The notes under the pieces are model-generated. The model was not told where the DNA came from. It ran no database searches and saw nothing but the letters and a program-made list of their open reading frames with translations. 41,938 bases of DNA from a virus, in IMG/VR virus record IMGVR_UViG_3300045988_101439; one strand, given 5' to 3'. The translations under genes and the position numbers were made by a program. Of the stretch, positions 32,925 to 39,508 are shown one piece after another (within the stretch, counting starts at the first letter, position 1; each line of letters starts with the position of its first letter).

Positions 32925-32952
32925 ATTATATCAAAGAAAAAGCGACAGTCAA
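32925..32952 (-). promoter_or_regulatory. Repressor promoter TTGACT-16 nt-TATAAT.
   Basis: On the plus strand, attata is at 32925-32930 and agtcaa at 32947-32952. TAGGAGG then precedes ATG 32901. Confidence 0.6.
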
Positions 32953-32994
32953 GAAGAAAACTGCATTTAACTGAAAAAAACAAAATAAAAGGGC

Positions 32995-33023
32995 TTGACA
33001 AACTTCAAATTAAATGCTATACT
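32995..33023 (+). promoter_or_regulatory. Early rightward promoter TTGACA-17 nt-TATACT.
   Basis: TTGACA is at 32995-33000 and TATACT at 33018-33023. The inverted words GCATTTAA (32963-32970) and TTAAATGC (33010-33017) are possible operator half-sites. Confidence 0.65.
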
Positions 33024-33067
33024 AAAAATGCGGACAGTAGTTAATTGAAGTTTTGGAGGTGAGGACA

Positions 33068-33289
33068 TTGACTGTTATATTTCCAAATCTCGTTGCTGAG
33101 ATTGCAAAGCGTGGGATCAAGAAAACATCGATTGCAGAGAGAATTGGCGTATCAAACCGGACCCTGTATAGCAAGCTTGGCGGGGAAACATCTTTTTCGT
33201 GGGAAGAGGTTTGTATGATTAAGGATTGCTTTTTCCCTGACATGGATCAGGAAACGCTATTCAAACGGTCCGACGACCAGGGGGCATAA
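33068..33289 (+). CDS. Cro-like HTH regulator.
   Basis: GGAGGTGAGG precedes TTG 33068; alternative starts are at 33053 and 33059. The protein contains LVAEIAKRGIKKTSIAERIGVSNRTLYSKLGGETSFSWEE. It is divergent from the repressor gene. Confidence 0.7.
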   Translation: MTVIFPNLVAEIAKRGIKKTSIAERIGVSNRTLYSKLGGETSFSWEEVCMIKDCFFPDMDQETLFKRSDDQGA

Positions 33290-33447
33290 CCAAAACCGAC
33301 GGGAGCGTCATTCCCGTCGGCCTTTGCCCAAATTTGTTTACTTTATGTACCTTCTATAGGGAGGCAAAAAATGAAATATGGCAATTGAAAATTCGCATAA
33401 GCTATGGATGGTTCAAGATGTTCCGGCGGGATGGAGGTGATTATAGG

Positions 33448-33588
33448 ATGATTTCGCTTGCTTTATCTCTTTTTTCAATTGTACTTAGCGTGTTCTCTAT
33501 TGTAAAAAGCGATGAAACGGCAAAGAAGATTCAATTCTTGTATGGTTCGCTACGAAAAACTGATCGGAAATCAGATTCATCGAAATGA
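33448..33588 (+). CDS. 46-aa membrane peptide MISLALSLFSIVLSVFSIV...
   Basis: GGAGGTGATTATAGG precedes the ATG. Its 3' end overlaps the 3' end of the convergent gene 33531-34007 by 58 nt. Confidence 0.45.
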   Translation: MISLALSLFSIVLSVFSIVKSDETAKKIQFLYGSLRKTDRKSDSSK

Positions 33589-34007
33589 AAAGTATGCTTG
33601 CTTCTATCTGTTTCAACTGAAATATCTGCGGGATATCGTCCATCCAAAATGTCATTCCAGTGGCATGATACTGAACATGTAATGGTCGTTGGGGTAAAAG
33701 GAGCAACGATAATGTCATCTGGAAAACCAATATTGTATTCATGACCATGCACAGCCAATGGACCTATCTTTTTGATGGAAACAGGACTTTGAGAGTTGTT
33801 CGTTACTACGAGATTGAACTTGTGATATGCAACATCGGAAATTCCTGTATAGTACGTTACACTTTGTATCTTGGCTGAAAGTTTAACCCGCTGGAGTTCT
33901 TGAACCATTTTTTCTGTTTGGATGCTTTTCCAGGCCGCATATGCGCTGATAACAGCAGCTGCGGTGCTGATAAGTTTAAAAATATCCATAGCATCAGGGC
34001 CTTTCAT
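33531..34007 (-). CDS. Membrane-anchored hypothetical protein with an N-terminal TM helix and a beta-rich domain.
   Basis: The TM helix is IFKLISTAAAVISAYAAW. The likely start is ATG 33989, coupled to a 22-codon upstream ORF (33994-34062) that carries the strong GGAGGTGA RBS. Confidence 0.6.
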   Translation of the reverse strand: MKGPDAMDIFKLISTAAAVISAYAAWKSIQTEKMVQELQRVKLSAKIQSVTYYTGISDVAYHKFNLVVTNNSQSPVSIKKIGPLAVHGHEYNIGFPDDIIVAPFTPTTITCSVSCHWNDILDGRYPADISVETDRSKHTFHFDESDFRSVFRSEPYKN

Positions 34008-34278
34008 AAATATTTATTTGAGATATTTTACCGCGGGATGTCCGGACAGAGTTTCGAGCCATTTAATCACCTCCTCTCTGGCAAGCCTTCAACCATACTC
34101 GGAGGCGATATGACAGAATCTCTGTAAGAATTATTTTACCACATCAGGAAGAAAAATACAATATAAAGTAGGATAAAATTTTCGTTTCATACAAGATATT
34201 GCGTTTTGGGGCGGTTGGTAAAACGAAAGTTTCAGCCCGACTACGAATCGACGGTGAATAGGGGAGGGGGTGAGAGGG

Positions 34279-34473
34279 ATGGAAGTCGGACCTGTTATCA
34301 AGGCGTATATGGAAGCTCACGGTATTAAGCAGATTTTTGTTGCTAAGAAGTGCGGATGGACAGCCCAACGATTGAGTAACGTCCTGAACGGAAAATCTCC
34401 ACTGACAGTGGAGGATTACAAAGCCCTTTGTAAGTGTATTGGCGTTCCATACGAGCTGTTCTTAGATGACTGA
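34279..34473 (+). CDS. XRE-family HTH protein.
   Basis: The protein contains VIKAYMEAHGIKQIFVAKKCGWTAQRLSNVLNGKSPLTVEDYKALCKCIG. Its RBS lies inside the 35-nt repeat 34240-34274. Confidence 0.75.
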   Translation: MEVGPVIKAYMEAHGIKQIFVAKKCGWTAQRLSNVLNGKSPLTVEDYKALCKCIGVPYELFLDD

Positions 34474-34488
34474 AAGGAGGCGATTCCC

Positions 34489-34629
34489 ATGCAAGAAATA
34501 AAGCTGACAGCCAAGATCGACACGACGGAGATCGATGAGGCCATCAAAAAAGCGAACCGACTTGTTGAGCTTTTGCAGGAAGCATCAACTATTGCCGATT
34601 CGCTGTCGGGGAAGACATCAGAATCCTAA
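34489..34629 (+). CDS. 46-aa helical protein MQEIKLTAKIDTTEIDEAIKKANRLVELLQEA...
   Basis: AAAGGAGG lies 7 nt before the ATG. It is below the ORF-track cutoff. Its end overlaps the end of the convergent gene. Confidence 0.45.
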   Translation: MQEIKLTAKIDTTEIDEAIKKANRLVELLQEASTIADSLSGKTSES

Positions 34630-34944
34630 CTGCTTTGCTACATATTGTTCGGTTGCCTCTCCAAGCATTTCTTCCCAAGAAGAGAATTTTGTTGTAGCTG
34701 CAACATGGGCGTTGAACGGAGCATCCGGAATAGATTCAAATTCTTCTGAGGTTTCAGCGTGGAAGCCGCCCGCTTCCATTAACTCGTCGAAAGAAGAAAA
34801 AGAAGTGTATTTTCGCATAAATGAAGGCGTGAATAGATCCGAAAAAGGAATTTCTTGCCTTCCATTTAGCTTCTTGGCCGCACGCTCCATTTGCTTGAGT
34901 TGCTTTTGCAATTCATCAAGCCCTTTAACCTTGAATTTAGACAT
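34618..34944 (-). CDS. Hypothetical protein (108 aa).
   Basis: A GAAGGTG RBS is present. A TTGATT-17 nt-TACAAT promoter and a 9-bp inverted repeat (35031-35063) lie upstream on the minus strand. Confidence 0.62.
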   Translation of the reverse strand: MSKFKVKGLDELQKQLKQMERAAKKLNGRQEIPFSDLFTPSFMRKYTSFSSFDELMEAGGFHAETSEEFESIPDAPFNAHVAATTKFSSWEEMLGEATEQYVAKQLGF

Positions 34945-35041
34945 GATTGCACCTTCTTTCCATCGAAATCAGGGCAAAAGACAGTTGCCCTTCTTGGATA
35001 ATTGTACCATATCCAACGACAAAAATCAATATATTGTATAG

Positions 35042-35152
35042 AAAATTTGTTCCATACAATATACAGGAAGAAGAGCTCCGGAACTGGAAAAATTCTTCCC
35101 TGACATGGATCAGGAAACGCTATTCAAATGGTCCGACGACCATGGAACATAA
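35042..35152 (+). pseudogene. Start-less 3' remnant of a second cro-like gene.
   Basis: The frame reads ...FFPDMDQETLFKWSDDHGT*, compared with ...FFPDMDQETLFKRSDDQGA* at 33233-33289. It is followed by an analogous hairpin. Confidence 0.5.
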
Positions 35153-35294
35153 AAAAGCCGGGAGCGCGGCTACACTCCCGGCCCGGCCTTAACGACCTAC
35201 CCGGACACGCTTGGTCACGGTACGGGTAGATATCCCATTCGACACACGGGTAGCGGACACATCAACTACGAATCGACGGTGAATAGGGGAGGGG

Positions 35295-35486
35295 GTGAGT
35301 ACGTTGCTGACAGTACGCTTGCTCATTTATCTGATCATGGCGTTGGCCTTTATGTTTGCTTCTCTGGTATCCTGCAATCTAATCAACATACACCCAAAAG
35401 ACAATAGACCGTGGCTGATTGCCGCCCCATCGTTGATTTTGTCCATCATGTTGCTGGTTGTTATGTTTCATGACTTACTTTCTTAA
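35295..35486 (+). CDS. Small two-TM membrane protein.
   Basis: The RBS lies in the repeat 35265-35299. The start is ambiguous (GTG 35295 or TTG 35304). The sequence is hydrophobic throughout. Confidence 0.4.
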   Translation: MSTLLTVRLLIYLIMALAFMFASLVSCNLINIHPKDNRPWLIAAPSLILSIMLLVVMFHDLLS

Positions 35487-35906
35487 ATCTCTTTGCATGG
35501 AGATCACCAAGCTGTCTGTAATTTTTTCGTGTTCAGAAAGCAGTTGTGTAAGATCTGGGGATGGTTTCAATTTCATAGTCGAGATTTGTGTAATGCTATT
35601 TCTATATGAGTGTATCAGTTCAGCGGTTCCAGGCGATGCGAACAGGAGTGCCTTTGTATAAGCATCCATAAATTTGGTCACCTGTTGTTGACTGAAGACA
35701 TCGGAAAATTCTCCACCTGTTTTCAGTAATTCATAATAGGCGGAAATCATCTCCTGGAGTATCAACTCTGTCTGCTTTGCTTTCCGGGCTCCACGTTGGG
35801 TAATGAAAGCTGACAGAATAGAGCAGAGCGACACTACAGCAATAGATACAATCGAGGCAATGATGGTGACATGAACTGAAAAAGTATTAACTACTTCATT
35901 TTCCAT
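35475..35906 (-). CDS. Membrane-anchored hypothetical protein (143 aa).
   Basis: An AAGGAGAG RBS is present. The N-terminal TM helix is VHVTIIASIVSIAVVSLCSILSAFI, followed by a helical domain. Confidence 0.65.
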   Translation of the reverse strand: MENEVVNTFSVHVTIIASIVSIAVVSLCSILSAFITQRGARKAKQTELILQEMISAYYELLKTGGEFSDVFSQQQVTKFMDAYTKALLFASPGTAELIHSYRNSITQISTMKLKPSPDLTQLLSEHEKITDSLVISMQRDLRK

Positions 35907-35948
35907 AAAAACTCTCCTTGGAACTCACATTTAGAAGCGCAGCCATAT

Positions 35949-36059
35949 TTACATGAGATAGTCGCCTGAACAAACGTGTTTTTCACCTCCCTTCTGTTGC
36001 CATGTTGCTAGAGACATCAAAAAACCTGCAACTGCAATACCGAATGTTATCCACTCCAT
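35949..36059 (-). CDS. 36-aa membrane peptide MEWITFGIAVAGFLMSLATWQQKGGEKHVCSGDYLM, upstream of 35475-35906.
   Basis: AGGGGA lies upstream of the TTG-ATG start. A TAGAAT -10 box (plus-strand 36096-36101) lies upstream on the minus strand. Confidence 0.4.
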   Translation of the reverse strand: MEWITFGIAVAGFLMSLATWQQKGGEKHVCSGDYLM

Positions 36060-36156
36060 CAAATGGATCATCCCCTTTCGACCACAGACTACCATATTCT
36101 AGCGGGAAGGGCAATAAAAAGCACCCCGACCAGCGCATCACCGACGACCAAGGAGC

Positions 36157-36181
36157 ATAAGAAAACCGCCCGTGAGGGCGG
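36157..36181 (-). terminator. Minus-strand intrinsic terminator CCGCCC-ucac-GGGCGG followed by UUUUCUUAU.
   Basis: The stem is 36166-36171 paired with 36176-36181. The plus-strand A-run at 36157-36165 supplies the U-tract. Confidence 0.5.
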
Positions 36182-36297
36182 GAGTGAGGCCTGCCAGGGA
36201 ATAAGCCCCGACAGCTTGCAGAACGGCGGGCGGAGGAGGCCGAAACCGTCAGGAAGTTATCCCGATTTTTACATCCATCTTTGAAAGGACGATTGCT

Positions 36298-36528
36298 ATG
36301 AGAGAGAAAAACAACTTGCAGGAAATTTTGCTGACCAAGCTCCGCCGGGAGCGGCAACCCGTCACCGTGTTTTTGATGAATGGCTACCAGATGCAGGGAA
36401 CCGTTTCTGCCTTCGATGCCTTCACCGTAGTCCTGGACAGTGATGGAAAACAGCAGATCATCTACAAGCACGCCATTTCTACCATTGTTCCAGCTCGTCC
36501 CATCCTGCTAGAACAAACAGAGTTTTGA
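36298..36528 (+). CDS. hfq: Hfq RNA chaperone (Sm fold).
   Basis: [60 protein letters not shown] matches the Hfq Sm1/Sm2 motifs (YKHAIST). Confidence 0.9.
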   Translation: MREKNNLQEILLTKLRRERQPVTVFLMNGYQMQGTVSAFDAFTVVLDSDGKQQIIYKHAISTIVPARPILLEQTEF

Positions 36529-36557
36529 GATTTCCGAGATAGAGAGGAGGGGCCTTT

Positions 36558-36860
36558 ATGCCGAAATTGAAAGAAACCCCGGTCCAACGGATGGAGCGGG
36601 TGTTCAGAGCCGCAGTATTCTACGGCCTGGAGCGCAGGGCGGAAACGATTGACGACTTGGCAAAGCGGGCGCCGAAGGCCCGGTCAACTACATATCGCCG
36701 AGTCAGGATACCAAGGACCTGTACCTTTGAAGAGGGACTATTTTATATCCCCAAGTTTTTAAACGACCGGCAACTTTGTGAAATGTGGGGTGTGGAATAC
36801 CACGGTATCACACCGGAGGATGTGGCTGCGGTGATAGAAGGGAAGGACAAAAATATCTGA
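36558..36860 (+). CDS. Hypothetical protein.
   Basis: GGAGGGGCCTTT precedes the ATG. It lies immediately downstream of hfq. Confidence 0.6.
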   Translation: MPKLKETPVQRMERVFRAAVFYGLERRAETIDDLAKRAPKARSTTYRRVRIPRTCTFEEGLFYIPKFLNDRQLCEMWGVEYHGITPEDVAAVIEGKDKNI

Positions 36861-36937
36861 ATCTTTTGAGCTATTAGAGTCCTTTGAGGTAGGTTGAGGC
36901 TGCGGTTATTTGGAAGCAAGGGAGAGGAGGACAAGCC

Positions 36938-37033
36938 TTGAATACCTTCCTGTTTATGGGCGCATACGCCTGTATCATTGTGGCAATGGTTCTAATCATT
37001 TGGGATATATGGGATAGGAGGCGGAAGAAGTGA
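36938..37033 (+). CDS. 31-aa membrane peptide.
   Basis: GGAGAGGAGG lies upstream of TTG 36938. The peptide reads LNTFLFMGAYACIIVAMVLIIWDIWDRRRKK. Confidence 0.4.
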   Translation: MNTFLFMGAYACIIVAMVLIIWDIWDRRRKK

Positions 37034-37203
37034 AGTACATTGAGGACGGACGCTCTCTGGTGGAGCGAAACCACGACGCTAGAGAATATTGCTATCAGTG
37101 CCGCCGGGAGCGTGAGGCGCGCATGAACCGCATTGTGAGGCAGTGCCTGGTGGTGTCCAGCATGATCTTTATGTGCTCCCTGCTGGTGGGGTGGGCGCTG
37201 TGA
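37030..37203 (+). CDS. 57-aa protein with a C-terminal TM helix.
   Basis: The GTGA start overlaps the upstream stop and TAGGAGG lies upstream. Confidence 0.45.
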   Translation: MKYIEDGRSLVERNHDAREYCYQCRREREARMNRIVRQCLVVSSMIFMCSLLVGWAL

Positions 37204-37400
37204 GAGATCCGCAGGATGCATCTCCTGCATGGTACTGCTCCAAATGTGGGGCAGAGCAGTACGAGACAGACCCCATTATCCTGGAGGATGGACGGAGGAT
37301 GTGCGCCAACTGTTTTCAGGATCGGGTAAAAGAACTGCTCCGGGTCAGCCCCGCAATCGTGGCTGACTGTCTTGGTATGAGATATGAGGAGGCGATTTGA
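37200..37400 (+). CDS. Small zinc-ribbon protein.
   Basis: The GTGA start overlaps the upstream stop. A CSKCG...CANC motif is present. Confidence 0.55.
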   Translation: MRDPQDASPAWYCSKCGAEQYETDPIILEDGRRMCANCFQDRVKELLRVSPAIVADCLGMRYEEAI

Positions 37401-38005
37401 TGGAAAACAAGTTTTTGGAACGTGTAGGCCAGCTCCAAGCAGAGCTTAAGGCACCAAAGGGGCAGACCAACAATTTTGGCGGATACAAATACCGCTCCTG
37501 TGAGGACATTTTGGAGGCGGTGAAGCCCCTGCTCCAGAAGCACCGATTGGTGCTGACGGTGGGAGACGAGCTGATGAACTGCGGGGACCGCTACTACATT
37601 TGTGCCACCGCCACCCTGAGGGATATGGATGGGGATGACTTTATGACCAACAGTGCCTATGCCAGAGAGGCGTCAGAAAAGAAGGGGATGGACGAGGCCC
37701 AAGTCACTGGCACAGCCTCTTCCTACGCCCGGAAGTACGCCCTAAACGGCCTATTCTGCATTGATGATACAAAAGACCCGGATACAAACGAGTACACGGA
37801 GCGGACCAGGGATCATAGCAGAAAGCGTGAGACACCTCTATACTGCTCTGATTGCCGGACGCAACTGGTAGACGGGGTGAAGCGAGATGGAAGCCCTTGG
37901 CCAGTGGCGGACATCGTAGCCTATTCCACTGGGCGGTTTGGGCGGCAGCTCTGCCCGGTATGCCAGAAAAAAGCGTTTGCGGCTGAAAAGGCGGCGGGAC
38001 AATGA
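37400..38005 (+). CDS. erf: ERF-family single-strand annealing recombinase.
   Basis: It contains NFGGYKYRSCEDILEAVKPLL...TGTASSYARKYALNGLFCIDD. GAGGAGG lies 7 nt before the ATG. Confidence 0.85.
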   Translation: MENKFLERVGQLQAELKAPKGQTNNFGGYKYRSCEDILEAVKPLLQKHRLVLTVGDELMNCGDRYYICATATLRDMDGDDFMTNSAYAREASEKKGMDEAQVTGTASSYARKYALNGLFCIDDTKDPDTNEYTERTRDHSRKRETPLYCSDCRTQLVDGVKRDGSPWPVADIVAYSTGRFGRQLCPVCQKKAFAAEKAAGQ

Positions 38006-38532
38006 CCCTCACGTTTACAGAGGCCCGTATCCAGATGGACAGCGGGGTTTGGCTGTGCCTAAAGGTCAATGAGCCCGCTCCAGCCAGAACTTTCATTCTG
38101 GACAAGCAAAACCGCATCTATGACTGCGAAATCAAGGAGCACCGGGAAAAGCGGAGTCTAGACGCCAATGCCTACTGCTGGGTCCTTTTAGACAAGCTGG
38201 CGGACGCTATCCGCTCTACGAAGGAGGAAATCTATCTCCAGAAAGTGCGGGAAATCGGGATTTTCCGGGACTTCATTCTGGAGGAGGCGGCGGTCAAGAC
38301 TTTCCGCACGGTGTGGGAAAGGCAGGGGACGGGATGGCCCACGGAGATCGTGGATTATTCCAGGTCCGGGGATCGTCAGGTAGTCCGGGCGTACTACGGC
38401 TCCAGCCAATATAACACAAAGCAAATGTCCCGGCTCATTGACAGCATCGTGCAGGACTGCAAGGACCTTGGCATTGAGACATTGCCGCCTGAGAAGCTGG
38501 CGGCCATGAAGGAGGAGTGGGGCCGTGTATAA
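38002..38532 (+). CDS. NinB/Orf-like recombination mediator (tentative).
   Basis: KRSLDANAYCWVLLDKLA...GSSQYNTKQMSRLIDSIVQDCKDLGIET parallels the lambda NinB pattern RSLDQN...W...STS.M...EF...L...FG. It is adjacent to erf. Confidence 0.55.
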   Translation: MTLTFTEARIQMDSGVWLCLKVNEPAPARTFILDKQNRIYDCEIKEHREKRSLDANAYCWVLLDKLADAIRSTKEEIYLQKVREIGIFRDFILEEAAVKTFRTVWERQGTGWPTEIVDYSRSGDRQVVRAYYGSSQYNTKQMSRLIDSIVQDCKDLGIETLPPEKLAAMKEEWGRV

Positions 38533-38893
38533 ACAGACCAAACAAACAGCCATATCGGCCCGTGTCAAGGCCGCTGTGGCCGCGCGGGACTGCACCCACG
38601 GCCCCGCCACCTGTATCCTCTGCGGCGCTCCGGGAGGCCCCCACTGTCATGTGGTGCGCCGCTCCCAGGGCGGCATGGGGGTGGTGGAGAACATCGTTAC
38701 CCTGTGCGGCCCCTGCCACTACGCTTTCGACGAGGGGCTGTTTATGGACCGTCTGCGGCCTCTGGGGTTCCATTCCCAGGCGGACATCAGGGCATACATC
38801 GTCAACTATCTCAGAGGCTTTTATCCTGACTGGACCGAGGAGAAAGTGAGGTATCACAAATGGGACAGTGTGAGCAAGTCCTCCAGTACATAA
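38525..38893 (+). CDS. HNH-like nuclease.
   Basis: It contains CILCG...HCHVVRRSQGG...NIVTLCGPCH. GGAGGAG lies 7 nt before the GTG. Confidence 0.65.
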   Translation: MYKQTKQTAISARVKAAVAARDCTHGPATCILCGAPGGPHCHVVRRSQGGMGVVENIVTLCGPCHYAFDEGLFMDRLRPLGFHSQADIRAYIVNYLRGFYPDWTEEKVRYHKWDSVSKSSST

Positions 38894-39084
38894 AGGATTT
38901 TGGTTCTATCAACCCGGCACAGGCATTTTTGGACCTGGGCTGCTACCGACTGGGAGCGAGGATATATGACCTCAGGCACAAGCATGGGTATTCAATCAGG
39001 AAAACAACTGTCAGCGCAAAAAACCGATACGGCAAGGCGGTGAGCTACGCCGAGTACAGATTGGAGGATAACAATGCTCAATAA
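38860..39084 (+). CDS. Winged-helix DNA-binding protein.
   Basis: VLQYIKDFGSINPAQAFLDLGCYRLGARIYDLRHKHGYSI is typical of small phage wHTH proteins. Confidence 0.62.
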   Translation: MGQCEQVLQYIKDFGSINPAQAFLDLGCYRLGARIYDLRHKHGYSIRKTTVSAKNRYGKAVSYAEYRLEDNNAQ

Positions 39085-39493
39085 AGTATTCATCATGGGA
39101 CGTCTGACCCGCGATCCAGAACTCAGGCGTACCCGGACAGGCACACCCGTGGCCTCCTTTTCCCTGGCCGTAGACCGGGATTTCAAGGACAAGGCCACCG
39201 GCGAGCGGACCACTGACTTTATCGATGTGGTGTCCTGGCGGAACACGGCGGAGTTTGTCAGCCGCTATTTTACTAAGGGACGTATGGCTGTTGTGGAGGG
39301 TCGGCTCCAGATGCGTGACTGGACGGACAAGGACGGCAATAAACGCCGCTCCGCCGAGGTGGTGGCAGACCAGGTCTATTTTGGCGACGCTGGGAAAAAA
39401 GATGACGCGCCAACGACCTTTGGGGGCATGAGCTATCCAAATAATGATGACTTTCAGGAGTTACCAGACGATGATGGAAAGCTCCCGTTTTGA
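39074..39493 (+). CDS. ssb: Single-stranded DNA-binding protein.
   Basis: The OB fold reads NKVFIMGRLTRDPELRRTRTGTPVASFSLAV...DFIDVVSWRNTAEFV...VEGRLQMRDW. The acidic tail is DDDGKLPF. Confidence 0.92.
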   Translation: MLNKVFIMGRLTRDPELRRTRTGTPVASFSLAVDRDFKDKATGERTTDFIDVVSWRNTAEFVSRYFTKGRMAVVEGRLQMRDWTDKDGNKRRSAEVVADQVYFGDAGKKDDAPTTFGGMSYPNNDDFQELPDDDGKLPF

Positions 39494-39508
39494 TGGGAGG
39501 AGAGGCTC

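Noticed and set aside
35983-36471. A 162-aa minus-strand ORF overlapping hfq and its upstream region.
   Set aside because: It is antisense to a confidently identified hfq gene and crosses a terminator and a promoter. Only its last ~36 codons, with their own RBS, look like a real small membrane ORF.
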